A stretch of 64,000 bases of DNA. It comes from an uncultured bacterium. GTDB taxonomy: Bacteria > Krumholzibacteriota > Krumholzibacteriia > LZORAL124-64-63. The notes beneath the pieces were generated by a model. That model saw nothing but the letters and a program-made list of their open reading frames with translations, had not been told where the DNA came from and did not search any database. The DNA lies in the NCBI GenBank assembly GCA_963727525.1, contig CAVSGO010000007.1, positions 832,001 through 896,000 on the forward strand, in the 5' to 3' direction. Shown here in pieces: positions 1 through 9,427 of this stretch (the stretch's first letter is position 1; each line of letters begins with the position of its first letter). The position numbers were made by a program, and so were the translations under genes.

Positions 1-1
1 C

Positions 2-793
2 ATGGCGGAGAAGCTCGATACAGAGACGCCGCAGGTGGAGATCAACGCGCGCCTGGTCGACCTGGATACTCGCGCCACGCGCGATCTGGGCATCAGCTGG
101 TCCGCGAACAACCTCCAGCCGGATGGCCAGAACGTCGTGGGCAACTTCTCGGTGGACAACACGCTCCAGGAGACGTCGGGCGACTTCCGCGTGGGCACGG
201 TGCAGAACTTCGGCGACCTCATGCTACGGCTGCAGGCCCTCGAGAACGACAACAAGGCCCACCTGATCTCCAACCCGGTGATCACCACGACAGACAACCG
301 CGAGGCCAGCATCCTCGTCGGCCAGAAAATCCCGCTGATCGTGGCCGACCAGGCGGGCAACGCCATCACGCAACTCACGACCATCGGTATCATGCTCAAG
401 GTCACGCCGCACATCAACAACGAGAACCGCATCACCCTCGATGTGCATAATGAGGTGAGCGATCTCTCGAGCCAGGCCACGGTCCAGGGCGGCGTCATCA
501 TCAACACCAGCGAGTCGGATACCCGGGTCATGGTGGAGAACGGCCAGACGGCGATCATCGCCGGGCTGATCCGTAACGTCGAGAGCAACCTGTACAGCGG
601 CGTGCCAGTGCTGCAGGATATCCCGCTGCTCGGCCGTCTGTTCCGACACGAGACGCGGACGAAGAACGCGCGCGAGCTCGTCATCTTCGTCACGCCGCGC
701 ATCGCGACCGACGAGTACATGCACCGCGGCACCCTCTCCGTGGACGGCACCATCCAGCGCACCGGCGACACGTTTACCTACGGCGACGAGTAG
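2..793 (+). CDS. pilQ: Type IV pilus secretin PilQ, C-terminal part (5' end outside window)
   Basis: Secretin domain motifs (QVEINARLV, ISNPVITTTDNREASI, GIMLKVTPHI, GVPVLQDIPLLGRLF, ELVIFVTPRI); lies upstream of aroK as in the common pilQ-aroK synteny. Confidence 0.85.
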   Translation: MAEKLDTETPQVEINARLVDLDTRATRDLGISWSANNLQPDGQNVVGNFSVDNTLQETSGDFRVGTVQNFGDLMLRLQALENDNKAHLISNPVITTTDNREASILVGQKIPLIVADQAGNAITQLTTIGIMLKVTPHINNENRITLDVHNEVSDLSSQATVQGGVIINTSESDTRVMVENGQTAIIAGLIRNVESNLYSGVPVLQDIPLLGRLFRHETRTKNARELVIFVTPRIATDEYMHRGTLSVDGTIQRTGDTFTYGDE

Positions 794-828
794 GTCCCGG
801 ACAGCCGTGCCATCCGATCGCGCATCGT

Positions 829-858
829 CCCGGGCCGGAGCCACCGCTCCGGCCCGGG
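829..858 (+). terminator. GC-rich hairpin after pilQ
   Basis: cccgggccggagc-cacc-gctccggcccggg, perfect 13-bp stem; weak U-tract. Confidence 0.55.
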
Positions 859-907
859 CGTCTGCCGGGATACGGGTGCCACCGATAGCAGCCGCCGATA
901 CCAGCAC

Positions 908-936
908 TTGCCCACGATGTCCCGGTGGCCTACAAT
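908..936 (+). promoter_or_regulatory. Sigma70-type promoter for aroK, probably leaderless
   Basis: TTGCCC (908-913), 17 nt, TACAAT (931-936), 6 nt, ATG (943). Confidence 0.6.
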
Positions 937-942
937 CGACGT

Positions 943-1476
943 ATGTGGATCTCTTTCATGGGGTTTCTCGCCGCCGGCAAGACCACCGTGGCTGCGAGCC
1001 TGGCGGCCGCGACCGGGCGGCGCGGCGTGGATGTGGACACGGTCGTGACCCGGCTCGCCGGGGCCTCGCTGCCGGAGATCTTCGCGCGTGGTGGGCCTGT
1101 CGAGATCCGGGATCGCGAGCACCGCGCGCTCCTCGACCTGCCGGCGGACGTGCCGCTGGTGGTGGCAACGGGGGCGGGCTGCGTGGAGTGGCCCGACACG
1201 CTCGAGCTCCTGCGCGAGAGGGGTCTCGTCGTGTGGCTCGATGCGCCCTGGACGACCACGCGACGTCGCCTGCAGGATCCGGAGGGACGCCATCGGGCCG
1301 AGGTGGGCCGGCTGGGCTGGGCTGGGCTCGCCGCCCTGGACGAGCGGCGCCGGCCCATGTATGCACGGGCCGCGCACCTGCGCTTGCTCACGGATCGACG
1401 TGATCCCACGGCCCTCGGCCGCATGGTGCTGGCGCGCGCGTTGCCCTGGCGAGCGAACCGCGGGGTGGCGGTGTGA
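943..1476 (+). CDS. aroK: Shikimate kinase
   Basis: N-terminal P-loop GFLAAGKTT; DVD..V; IF...G...RDRE; VVATGAG; RRPMY motifs. Confidence 0.85.
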   Translation: MWISFMGFLAAGKTTVAASLAAATGRRGVDVDTVVTRLAGASLPEIFARGGPVEIRDREHRALLDLPADVPLVVATGAGCVEWPDTLELLRERGLVVWLDAPWTTTRRRLQDPEGRHRAEVGRLGWAGLAALDERRRPMYARAAHLRLLTDRRDPTALGRMVLARALPWRANRGVAV

Positions 1477-2045
1477 GGATCGTCGCTGGACGCTGGCGTG
1501 GTCGCTCGCTCGTCGCGCCGGCGGGGCTGTCCGTGCGCCCGACCACGGACCGCGTGCGCGAGGCGCTCTTCGGCATCCTCGGCGCCGATGTGGTCGACGC
1601 CGAGGTGGCGGATCTCTGCTGCGGCAGCGGTGCCAACGGTCTGGAAGCCTTGAGCCGCGGTGCGGCAAGCGTCACGTTCGTGGACTCGGCGGCGGCCTCC
1701 CTGCGCGTGGTGCGCGAGAACCTGGCGCGGCTGGCCGTGACCCCGGCGCAGGCACGTGTGGCGCAGGCCGACGCGGTTACCTGGCTCCAGCGGCGACTGG
1801 CAGGCGCGCAGCCGCTCGTCATCGTCGCCGATCCGCCCTACGATGGGACCCTGGCCACGGACCTGCTGGCCACGCTGGCGAGCCGGCCAGGGCCCGTGGT
1901 CGTGGCGGTCGTCGAACACCCGTCCGATCGACCGCCGGCCTTGCCGGAGGGCGGCGCCTGGACGATCCAGACGCGGCGCTATGGCCGCAGCAGCCTCACG
2001 ATCCTGCGCCGGGAGGCGCCGGCAGCTCCGGGAGAGCCGTCATGA
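1473..2045 (+). CDS. rsmD: 16S rRNA m2G966 methyltransferase
   Basis: MRIVAGRWRGR..RPTTDRVREALF, DLCCGSG..GLEALSRGA, DPPY; adjacent to coaD. Confidence 0.92.
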   Translation: MRIVAGRWRGRSLVAPAGLSVRPTTDRVREALFGILGADVVDAEVADLCCGSGANGLEALSRGAASVTFVDSAAASLRVVRENLARLAVTPAQARVAQADAVTWLQRRLAGAQPLVIVADPPYDGTLATDLLATLASRPGPVVVAVVEHPSDRPPALPEGGAWTIQTRRYGRSSLTILRREAPAAPGEPS

Positions 2046-2527
2046 GCGCTCGGTTGGTCCTGTATCCGGGTTCGTTCGACCCATTCACGCTCGGGCACCT
2101 CGACATCGTCGCCCGCGCGGCGCGCCTCTTCGACCGCGTGCTCGTGGTGGTGGCCGCCGATGCGAAAGCGGCCTGGCTGCCTCTCGAGCAGCGAGTGGAA
2201 CTGGTGCGTGCGTCCCTTGCCGGCCGCGACGGGTGCGACGTGGCGTCGTTTTCCGGGTTGCTCGTGGAGGAGGCGCGCCGACGCGGCGCGTGTGCGGTGG
2301 TGCGCGGGATCCGCAGCGCCGGCGATTATGAGCACGAGTGGTCGCTGGCCAACGTCAACGCGCGCCTGGCTGCGGATTTCGAGACGGTGTGCCTGCTCTC
2401 ACGCCCCGACCTGGCTGCGGTGAGCAGTTCGCTGGTGCGCGAGGTCGCTCGCCACGGCGGCGCGCTTTCCGCGCTCGTGCCCGCTCCGGTGGCCGCGGCG
2501 CTGGACCGCGCGCGCCGAACGTCGTAG
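2042..2527 (+). CDS. coaD: Phosphopantetheine adenylyltransferase
   Basis: YPGSFDPFTLGHLDI, RGIR...DYEHE, SSSLVRE; ATG at 2042 overlaps the rsmD stop. Confidence 0.95.
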   Translation: MSARLVLYPGSFDPFTLGHLDIVARAARLFDRVLVVVAADAKAAWLPLEQRVELVRASLAGRDGCDVASFSGLLVEEARRRGACAVVRGIRSAGDYEHEWSLANVNARLAADFETVCLLSRPDLAAVSSSLVREVARHGGALSALVPAPVAAALDRARRTS

Positions 2528-2631
2528 TTTCGCGTGGTCGGCCGGGCCTTCCGGCCGGCGTCTTGCACGGCGTACCGCCAGGCGGTGGTGCGCCGTCGTC
2601 CTGACTCCACCCGTGTCCCGGTGAGTGTGCC

Positions 2632-3672
2632 GTGTTCCTCGACGTTGTCACCATCCAGGTTCTGGCAGGAAAGGGCGGCGACGGTTGCGTTTCCACCCGA
2701 CGGGAAAAGTACGTGCCGCGCGGCGGCCCCGACGGCGGCAACGGCGGCCGCGGTGGCGACGTCTGGCTCGAGGCCAACAGCCAGAGCACCACCCTGCTCG
2801 ACTTCCGCTACCGGCGCCGCTACGAGGCCGCCGCGGGCAAGCCGGGCAGCGGTCAGCGCATGACGGGGGCCGATGGCGAACCGGTGGTCATTCCGGTTCC
2901 GTGCGGTACGAGCGTCTTTTCGCGGAACGACGCGCCCGACGAGGACGCCGCTGGCGAGGAGATCCTCATGGGCGACCTCACCGATCCGGGCCAGCGCATC
3001 CTGGTGGCCCGTGGCGGCCGCGGCGGCAAGGGCAACTGGGAGTTCCGCAGCGCGCGCAACCAGACACCGATGAAGGCCACGCCGGGACGACCGGGCGATC
3101 AGCGCGAAATCCGTCTGGAGCTGAAGCTCATCGCCGACATCGGTCTCGTCGGAGCGCCGAATGCGGGCAAGAGCACGCTGCTCTCGGTGCTGACCGCGGC
3201 GCGTCCCAAGATCGCCGACTACCCGTTCACGACGCTGGTGCCGAACCTCGGCATCGTCGACCTCGGCCAATTCACGAGCTGCACCCTGGCCGACATCCCC
3301 GGCCTCATCGAGGGTGCGAGCGAGGGCAAGGGTCTCGGGCACGAGTTCCTGCGGCACATCGAACGCACGCGCGCGCTGCTGTACATGGTCGACGTGGCGC
3401 AGCCCGACGCCGGAGCCGCTCTCGACGGCCTGCGCGCCGAGCTCGAGGCGTACGGCCGGCGCCTGACCGACCTGCCCTTCGTCGTGGTGCTCACCAAGGC
3501 CGACCTCCTGCCGGCCGACGACCGCACCGAGGCCGTCGTCGCCGCCGCGCGCGCCTGGTGCGCGACGCACGGCGGGCGCGACACGTTGCTCATCTCGGCC
3601 GTGGCCGGCCTCGGCATGGACCCCCTGCGCCACGCCCTGCGACGTCTCTACGAGGGCGTGCGAGAGACCTGA
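2632..3672 (+). CDS. obgE: GTPase ObgE
   Basis: Gly-rich Obg fold (GGPDGGNGGRGG), GAPNAGKST, DYPFTT, DIPG, TKAD. Confidence 0.97.
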   Translation: MFLDVVTIQVLAGKGGDGCVSTRREKYVPRGGPDGGNGGRGGDVWLEANSQSTTLLDFRYRRRYEAAAGKPGSGQRMTGADGEPVVIPVPCGTSVFSRNDAPDEDAAGEEILMGDLTDPGQRILVARGGRGGKGNWEFRSARNQTPMKATPGRPGDQREIRLELKLIADIGLVGAPNAGKSTLLSVLTAARPKIADYPFTTLVPNLGIVDLGQFTSCTLADIPGLIEGASEGKGLGHEFLRHIERTRALLYMVDVAQPDAGAALDGLRAELEAYGRRLTDLPFVVVLTKADLLPADDRTEAVVAAARAWCATHGGRDTLLISAVAGLGMDPLRHALRRLYEGVRET

Positions 3673-3706
3673 TCCCCGTCACCTTCCTCCCGGAAGGGAG
3701 CGGGCC

Positions 3707-4600
3707 ATGCCCGCTGCCACCTGGACCCGTATCGATTCGTATCATCCCTGCTGGCCCGGCGGCTGGACGAGAATGGACGATCCGCCCGGCGCTGTCTTCG
3801 TCACGGGCGATCCCACGGCCCTGACCGGCCCCTGTCTGGCCATCGTCGGCACCCGCCGGGCCACACCCCGCGGCCTCGCCGTCGCGCATGGGCTCGCGCG
3901 GGACCTCGCCGCGGCTGGATGGACCATCGTCAGCGGGCTCGCCCGTGGCATCGATGGGGCGGCCCACCGCGGCGCCCTGGCGGCCAGCGGCCGCACGGTC
4001 GCGATCATGGCCACCGGCCCCGATCGCACCTACCCGGCCGAGCACCGCCACCTGCGGGCGGACATCGAGCGCGCCGGGGGCTGCGCCGTGAGCGAGGGCG
4101 AGCCCCGGGCCAGTGTCCAGCGCTGGCTCTTCCCCCGCCGCAACCGCCTCATCGCGGGGCTCGCGCGCGGCGTGATCGTGGTGGAGGCGCCCCGCCGCAG
4201 CGGCGCGCTGATCACGGCGCGCCAGGCCGTCGACGCCGGCGGCGAGGTCATGGCCGTGCCCGGTCCGGTCGACCGTCCCGAGAGCCGCGGTTGCCATGAC
4301 CTCATCCGTCTCGGCGCGGCCCTCGTCTGCGACGCCGCGGAGGTGGAAGACACGGTGGGACGCGCTGATCCCGCGGCACCGGTGACGGCCACGCTGATGC
4401 CCGGCTTGCCACCTGTCGACAGCCCCGCGCGCTGGATCTACGACCGGCTCGATCTCGACGGCGTGGTCATCGGCGAGCTGCTCGCGCGCTGGCCGGGAAC
4501 GCGCGCCATGTGGACGCAGGGACTGCTCGCCCTCGAGGTGGCGGGCCTGATCCGACGGTTGCCAGGGGGGAGGCTCGCCCGTAGTATCTGGCACGCGTGA
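3707..4600 (+). CDS. dprA: DNA-processing protein DprA
   Basis: AIVGTR, IVSGLARGIDGAAHRGAL, FPRRNRLIAGL, VVEA..RSGALITA, C-terminal winged helix. Confidence 0.92.
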   Translation: MPAATWTRIDSYHPCWPGGWTRMDDPPGAVFVTGDPTALTGPCLAIVGTRRATPRGLAVAHGLARDLAAAGWTIVSGLARGIDGAAHRGALAASGRTVAIMATGPDRTYPAEHRHLRADIERAGGCAVSEGEPRASVQRWLFPRRNRLIAGLARGVIVVEAPRRSGALITARQAVDAGGEVMAVPGPVDRPESRGCHDLIRLGAALVCDAAEVEDTVGRADPAAPVTATLMPGLPPVDSPARWIYDRLDLDGVVIGELLARWPGTRAMWTQGLLALEVAGLIRRLPGGRLARSIWHA

Positions 4601-5544
4601 CGAGTCGATACGACGCCTCCCCCGGAGTTCCCGTGCCCGGTTTGCGCAAGACCATCCGCCGCGCGCGCGATTTCGCGGCGCTCGGCAGCCTTTACCTGCT
4701 GACGCGGCCCCTGTCGTTCCGCGCCTTGCAGCGCGTGGGCCGGGGGCTGGGGGTGCTCTGCTACCACGTGATCCCGGTGCGCAAGGCGGTGGTGCTGGCC
4801 AACCTCGAGGCGGCTTTCGGCGACACCCTCGACTCGCGAGCAATCCGCGACCTGGCGCGGCGTTTCTATGCCTGCCTCGGCACCACGTTGCTCGAGTTCT
4901 ACGGACTGGGCCGTTTGCGACCCGAGCGCCTGCGGACCCTGGTGGACATCGAGGGGCGAGAGCACCTCGACGCGGCGCTCGCCGGCGGCAAGGGCGCCCT
5001 GCTCGTCTCCGGCCACTTCGGCAACTGGGAGCTGCTCGCGTCGGCCATCGTCGCCCTGGGCTACCCCACGCGGTTCGTCACCAAGTCGCAGTCGAATCCG
5101 CTGGTGGACCGCATGCAGGCGCGCATCCGCGGCCAGGCGGGCGTCGGCATGATCCGCACCGACGGCTCCCTCGTCGACATCATCCGCGTACTGCGGCGCG
5201 GCGAGTTCATCGGCATCCTGGGCGATCAGGACGCCGGACTGTCGGGCCAGTTCGTGAACTTCCTCGGCCGGCCCGCCAGCGTATTCCGTGGCACAGCCCG
5301 CTTCGCGTATCGCCTGCAGTGCCCCATCGTCACCGGCGGCATCGTACGCCAGCCGGACGGGCGCCACCGCGTGGTGCTCGGCGCGCCCATCCACGTGGAC
5401 CCGGCGTGGGACGAGGAAACGGCCATCCGCGAGCTCACGGAAAAGCATACGCAACGTTTGGAAGCCCTCGTCCGTAGGTGGCCCGACCATTATTTCTGGG
5501 TGCACCGCCGCTGGAAAACCCAGCCTCCGAAGGAGACGCCGTGA
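4597..5544 (+). CDS. Lipid A late acyltransferase (LpxL/HtrB family)
   Basis: GHFGNWE motif, DQDAG...VNFLGRPA, P.HYFWVHRRWK C-terminus. Confidence 0.85.
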   Translation: MTSRYDASPGVPVPGLRKTIRRARDFAALGSLYLLTRPLSFRALQRVGRGLGVLCYHVIPVRKAVVLANLEAAFGDTLDSRAIRDLARRFYACLGTTLLEFYGLGRLRPERLRTLVDIEGREHLDAALAGGKGALLVSGHFGNWELLASAIVALGYPTRFVTKSQSNPLVDRMQARIRGQAGVGMIRTDGSLVDIIRVLRRGEFIGILGDQDAGLSGQFVNFLGRPASVFRGTARFAYRLQCPIVTGGIVRQPDGRHRVVLGAPIHVDPAWDEETAIRELTEKHTQRLEALVRRWPDHYFWVHRRWKTQPPKETP

Positions 5545-6473
5545 TCGAGGTCCAGGATCTGGTCAAGCGCTTCGGCGCGCTCACCGCGGTCGATAGCATC
5601 AGCTTCGCCGTCGGCCGGGGCGAGCTCTTCGGTCTGCTCGGCCCCAACGGAGCCGGCAAGACCACGACCATCGCCATGCTCTCCACCCTGCTGCCCGCCG
5701 ATGGCGGCCGCGCGATCGTCGCCGGCCTCGACGTCGCGAAGGATCCCGCGGGTGTGCGCCGGCGCATCGGCGTGGTGCCGCAGGAGATCGCGCTCTACGA
5801 GGATCTGAACGCTCGCGAGAACCTGCACTTCTGGGGGCGCCTCTATGGACTCGCGGGCGCCGACCTCGATCGCCACGTCGAGGCCATGCTCGAGCGGGTC
5901 GATCTGCGCGAGCACGCCCGCCAGCGGGTGTCCACCTTCTCCGGCGGCATGAAGCGTCGCCTCAACCTCGCGGCCGGCCTCATGCACAACCCGGAGGTGC
6001 TCTTTCTCGACGAGCCCACGGTCGGCATCGACGCGCAGGCCCGCAGTCGCATTCTGGAGTTGATCCAGGACATGAAGGCCAACGGTCTGACTGTGGTCTA
6101 TACCACACATTACCTCGAGGAGGCGGAGCACCTCTGTGACCGCATTGGCGTGATCGATCAGGGGCGTCTGGTGGCGCTGGGGGACAAGGAGGATCTCATC
6201 AGCCAGATTGGTGACGAGGATACGATCCGGCTCCAGCTTCCCGACGCTGTCGGCGACGCGCTGCAGGCCGCGGCAAGGACGTGGGCCGGGGTGACGGCGG
6301 TAGACACTCATGCGGGACGCGCGGAGATGCGCGTCGGAGACGGCGCGCGCGTCTTGCCCGTGCTGCAAGCGTGGCTCGACGCTCGCGGCCTGCCTCTGGC
6401 CGGGCTGGAGGTGGAGCGCCCCAACCTCGAGTCGCTCTACCTGAATCTCACCGGCCGGGCTCTGAGGGAGTAG
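5541..6473 (+). CDS. ABC exporter ATP-binding subunit (DrrA/LnrL-like)
   Basis: GPNGAGKTT, FSGGMKRR, LDEPT, TTHYLEE; GTG at 5541 after an AGGAGA RBS. Confidence 0.9.
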   Translation: MIEVQDLVKRFGALTAVDSISFAVGRGELFGLLGPNGAGKTTTIAMLSTLLPADGGRAIVAGLDVAKDPAGVRRRIGVVPQEIALYEDLNARENLHFWGRLYGLAGADLDRHVEAMLERVDLREHARQRVSTFSGGMKRRLNLAAGLMHNPEVLFLDEPTVGIDAQARSRILELIQDMKANGLTVVYTTHYLEEAEHLCDRIGVIDQGRLVALGDKEDLISQIGDEDTIRLQLPDAVGDALQAAARTWAGVTAVDTHAGRAEMRVGDGARVLPVLQAWLDARGLPLAGLEVERPNLESLYLNLTGRALRE

Positions 6474-6474
6474 C

Positions 6475-7797
6475 ATGAACGTCGGCGTCCTCGTGACCAA
6501 GGACCTGCGCCGGCAATGGCGCGACCGCAAGTCGATCGTGATCCAGCTCGTCGTGCCGGTGCTGCTGACGGTCGTGATGGGCCTCAGCTTCGGCGGGGGC
6601 ATTTTCGGCGATCAGGGCATCAGCGCCGTGCCCATGGCCCTGGTCGGCACCGACGTGCCGCAGGGTGTGCGCGACCGCCTCACCACTGCGCTCGAACAGA
6701 CGAAGTTCTTCAAGGTCACCTGGACCGACAGCGCCCAGGCCGCGCAGAAGGTCGCCAACGGCGAGCTACAGGCCGCGCTCGTGCTGCCCGACAGCCTGCT
6801 GCACCGCTTCCTCGCGGGGCGCGACCTGGAGTTGAAGCTCTGGAAGGACCCCAACAGCGAGATCAAGGCCGGTATCGTCGAGACCATCCTCACCGAGGGG
6901 TTGCGCTCGCTGCAGTCGGGCGAGGCGGCATACTTCGCCCTGTGGCCGGAGACGGCGACCAGAGAGCCGAATCTCGACACCACGCCCCTCGGACGCTTCC
7001 TCGACGGCGATCCGGCCCCACTCTGGCGCGAACTGCGCGCTCGCGATACGGAGGAACACGAGGAGCTGCTCACCTCCTTCGACCGCGCCTTCGCCTTTGC
7101 CGGCGCCATGAGGGAGCCGCGGATCCACCTCGATGTCTTCAATCGTAGCGACTGGCGTACCGCATCCCGCGAGGCGGCGAGTCGCAACATGTTCGACTAC
7201 TTCCTGCCCTCGATCGCGGTGTTCTTCATGATGTGGGGCGTGGCGGCGATCGCCCGCGACTACCAGCGCGAACGCGACGCGCGCACGCTGGCGCGGGTGC
7301 TGCTGGGGCCGGTCACGTCGGCGGAGGTGCTGCTCGGCAAGTGGGCCACCGCGGTGATCGGCGGTGCCGTGCAGCTCAGCCTGCTCTTCGCGCTCGGTGC
7401 TGCCCTCTTCGGCATGCGCCTCGGCCCGGACCCCTTCGTGCTACTGATCGCCATCGTCTTCAGCTGCGCGGCGACGGCGAGCGTCTACATGGTGCTGGCC
7501 TTGCTGGCGCGCACCGAGAAGGCCCTCGATGCGCTGACGACGATCTTCACGCTCGTCAGCGGCATGCTGGGCGGCAACTTCTTCCCCACCGACTTCATGC
7601 CGCCCGCGCTGCACGTGGTGGGCAAGATCACGTTCAACTACTGGGCGAACAGTGCCTTCAGCGAGATCATCGTGCATGACCGCGGCCTCGCCGCGGTGGC
7701 CGTTGAACTCGGCGTGCTGCTGGCGATCACGGCCGTGGGTCTGCTCGTGAGTCTGACGCTGCTGACCGCGGCGCGCCGACGGGGGGTGGCGGCATGA
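6475..7797 (+). CDS. ABC-2 type permease
   Basis: N-terminal TM helix, large extracytoplasmic loop, five C-terminal TM helices; ERDARTLARVL and LGGNFFP motifs. Confidence 0.88.
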   Translation: MNVGVLVTKDLRRQWRDRKSIVIQLVVPVLLTVVMGLSFGGGIFGDQGISAVPMALVGTDVPQGVRDRLTTALEQTKFFKVTWTDSAQAAQKVANGELQAALVLPDSLLHRFLAGRDLELKLWKDPNSEIKAGIVETILTEGLRSLQSGEAAYFALWPETATREPNLDTTPLGRFLDGDPAPLWRELRARDTEEHEELLTSFDRAFAFAGAMREPRIHLDVFNRSDWRTASREAASRNMFDYFLPSIAVFFMMWGVAAIARDYQRERDARTLARVLLGPVTSAEVLLGKWATAVIGGAVQLSLLFALGAALFGMRLGPDPFVLLIAIVFSCAATASVYMVLALLARTEKALDALTTIFTLVSGMLGGNFFPTDFMPPALHVVGKITFNYWANSAFSEIIVHDRGLAAVAVELGVLLAITAVGLLVSLTLLTAARRRGVAA

Positions 7798-9008
7798 ACC
7801 CGCGTTTCGTGGCGGTGATCGTCGCCTTGCGCCTGCGGCGCATCCTCGCCGACCGGGCGAACATCATCTGGCTGCTCGTGATGCCGCTGATCTTCGCCTT
7901 CCTCATGGGGATGCTGATGGGCGACTGGAGCGCTGCGCGCCCGCGGCCGCTCGTCGTGGTGGCGGCACCGGATAGCAGTGCCTCCCTGGCCACGCTCATG
8001 GCACCACTGCTGGCGAGCGGGGCGTTCCGTGTCACGCGGATCGATTCCGTCTTCACGGCCGACGACGCCCGCGCTCTCGTCGACGATACGTGGGCGTCCG
8101 CGGTGCTGCTCGTGAATCCGGGTTTCGGCGACAGTCTCGCCGCCGGCCTCGCGCCGCATCTGCGCTTTTACCAGGACGGCGGTCGCACGAGCGCCCAGAG
8201 GGCGCGCCAGGCCTTGGCCACAGCGGTGTCCCGACTCGAGGCCGAGGTCAGCGCGCGGACGCTCGTGGCTGCCGATCCAGCACAGGTTGCGCGCGGCGAA
8301 GCCATGGCCTTCGACGACTCGGTCTTCTCCGACGCCCTCGCCCATCCGCGCCTACGTCTGGCGGTGTCGTCGCTCGGTCGCAGCCGCTACGAGGACCTCG
8401 CGCTCACCGACGCGCGTCAGCACTCGGGACCGGCCTACACGCTCATGTTCACGCTCATGTTTCTGCTGATGTCGGCCAAGGATCTCGTGGCCGAGCGTAA
8501 GCAGCGTACGCTCGACCGCCTGCGCTTGAGTCACATCAGCGCGGCCGATCTCACGGTAGGCTATTTCCTCGGCGGCTTCCTGATCGGGGTGCTGCAGATG
8601 GGCGTGCTCCTGACGCTGAACAGCCTGCTCTTCGGCATCGACTACGGCAACTCCCCCATCACCCTCGCACTCATGGCCGTGCTGTTCACGGCGACGGCGG
8701 CGGCGATGGGGTTGCTCCTGGGAAGCCTCGCGCGCACACCGGCGCAAGCGGACGCACTGGGGATGGTCCTTGGCATGTCGTTGCCGGCCCTCGGCGGTCT
8801 GTGGTGGCCGCTTGAGATCACGCCGAAGTTCATGCAGAGCCTCGGCCATGCGCTGCCGACTGGCCAGGCCATCACGATCCTCCACGGACTGATCGGCCGC
8901 GGCACCGGCCTCGCGGAGGCGGTGCCGTACCTGGCCGGACTGCTGGCCTGGACGCTGGCGATACTTGTCGCGGCGGTCCTGGCATTCCAGCGGAGGGCCG
9001 CCACCTAG
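7794..9008 (+). CDS. ABC-2 type permease
   Basis: Same topology as the preceding gene; ERKQRTLDRL and LGGLWWPLEITP motifs. Confidence 0.88.
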   Translation: MNPRFVAVIVALRLRRILADRANIIWLLVMPLIFAFLMGMLMGDWSAARPRPLVVVAAPDSSASLATLMAPLLASGAFRVTRIDSVFTADDARALVDDTWASAVLLVNPGFGDSLAAGLAPHLRFYQDGGRTSAQRARQALATAVSRLEAEVSARTLVAADPAQVARGEAMAFDDSVFSDALAHPRLRLAVSSLGRSRYEDLALTDARQHSGPAYTLMFTLMFLLMSAKDLVAERKQRTLDRLRLSHISAADLTVGYFLGGFLIGVLQMGVLLTLNSLLFGIDYGNSPITLALMAVLFTATAAAMGLLLGSLARTPAQADALGMVLGMSLPALGGLWWPLEITPKFMQSLGHALPTGQAITILHGLIGRGTGLAEAVPYLAGLLAWTLAILVAAVLAFQRRAAT

Positions 9009-9011
9009 GGA

Positions 9012-9311
9012 CTATTCCGGCTGGAAGCCGATGGAACCGTGCTGCTCCTGGGGGCCGGGCAGGCGGATCTCGCCATGGGTCTTCTCGAAGCGCTCGATAT
9101 TTTCGCCGAGCGAGCGCTGCAAGGCCTTGGCGCCCGCGGGCGTCATGATGACCCGCGCGTGCACCTTTGCCTTGGGCACACCCGGCAGCAAGCGCGCGAA
9201 GTCGAGCACGAACTCGCTGGGGCTGTGGGTGATGATCGTCAGGTTGGCGAACACGCCATCGGCCGCCCCGGTACTCAGGTCCACCGTGATCTGCTGTTTT
9301 TGCTGGTTCAT
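9012..9311 (-). CDS. DUF3467 family protein
   Basis: GVFANLTIITHSPSEFVLDF..LPG.PKAKVHARVIMTP..AKAL...L.ENI..FE...GEI pattern. Confidence 0.8.
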   Translation of the reverse strand: MNQQKQQITVDLSTGAADGVFANLTIITHSPSEFVLDFARLLPGVPKAKVHARVIMTPAGAKALQRSLGENIERFEKTHGEIRLPGPQEQHGSIGFQPE

Positions 9312-9351
9312 GCCCGTCCTTCCGGAGACCCCTGCGTCCGGGGCCACCGCG

Positions 9352-9381
9352 TTGACACGGCCGACGCCGCGATGCTAGGTT
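9352..9381 (+). promoter_or_regulatory. Sigma70-type promoter for the hld operon
   Basis: TTGACA (9352-9357), 18 nt, TAGGTT with extended -10 TG. Confidence 0.5.
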
Positions 9382-9427
9382 GCGGCGCCGGATCTGGCCC
9401 GTCCACCGCGTCGAAAGATTGGAACCG

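Noticed and set aside
1088..2527. Long ORF-track N-terminal extensions (coaD 479 aa, fabD 463 aa, COG2403 559 aa, parA 420 aa, GT4 from 33711) as fusion proteins
   Set aside because: The extensions overlap other genes or tRNAs; true starts are marked by an RBS or coupling and by family N-termini.
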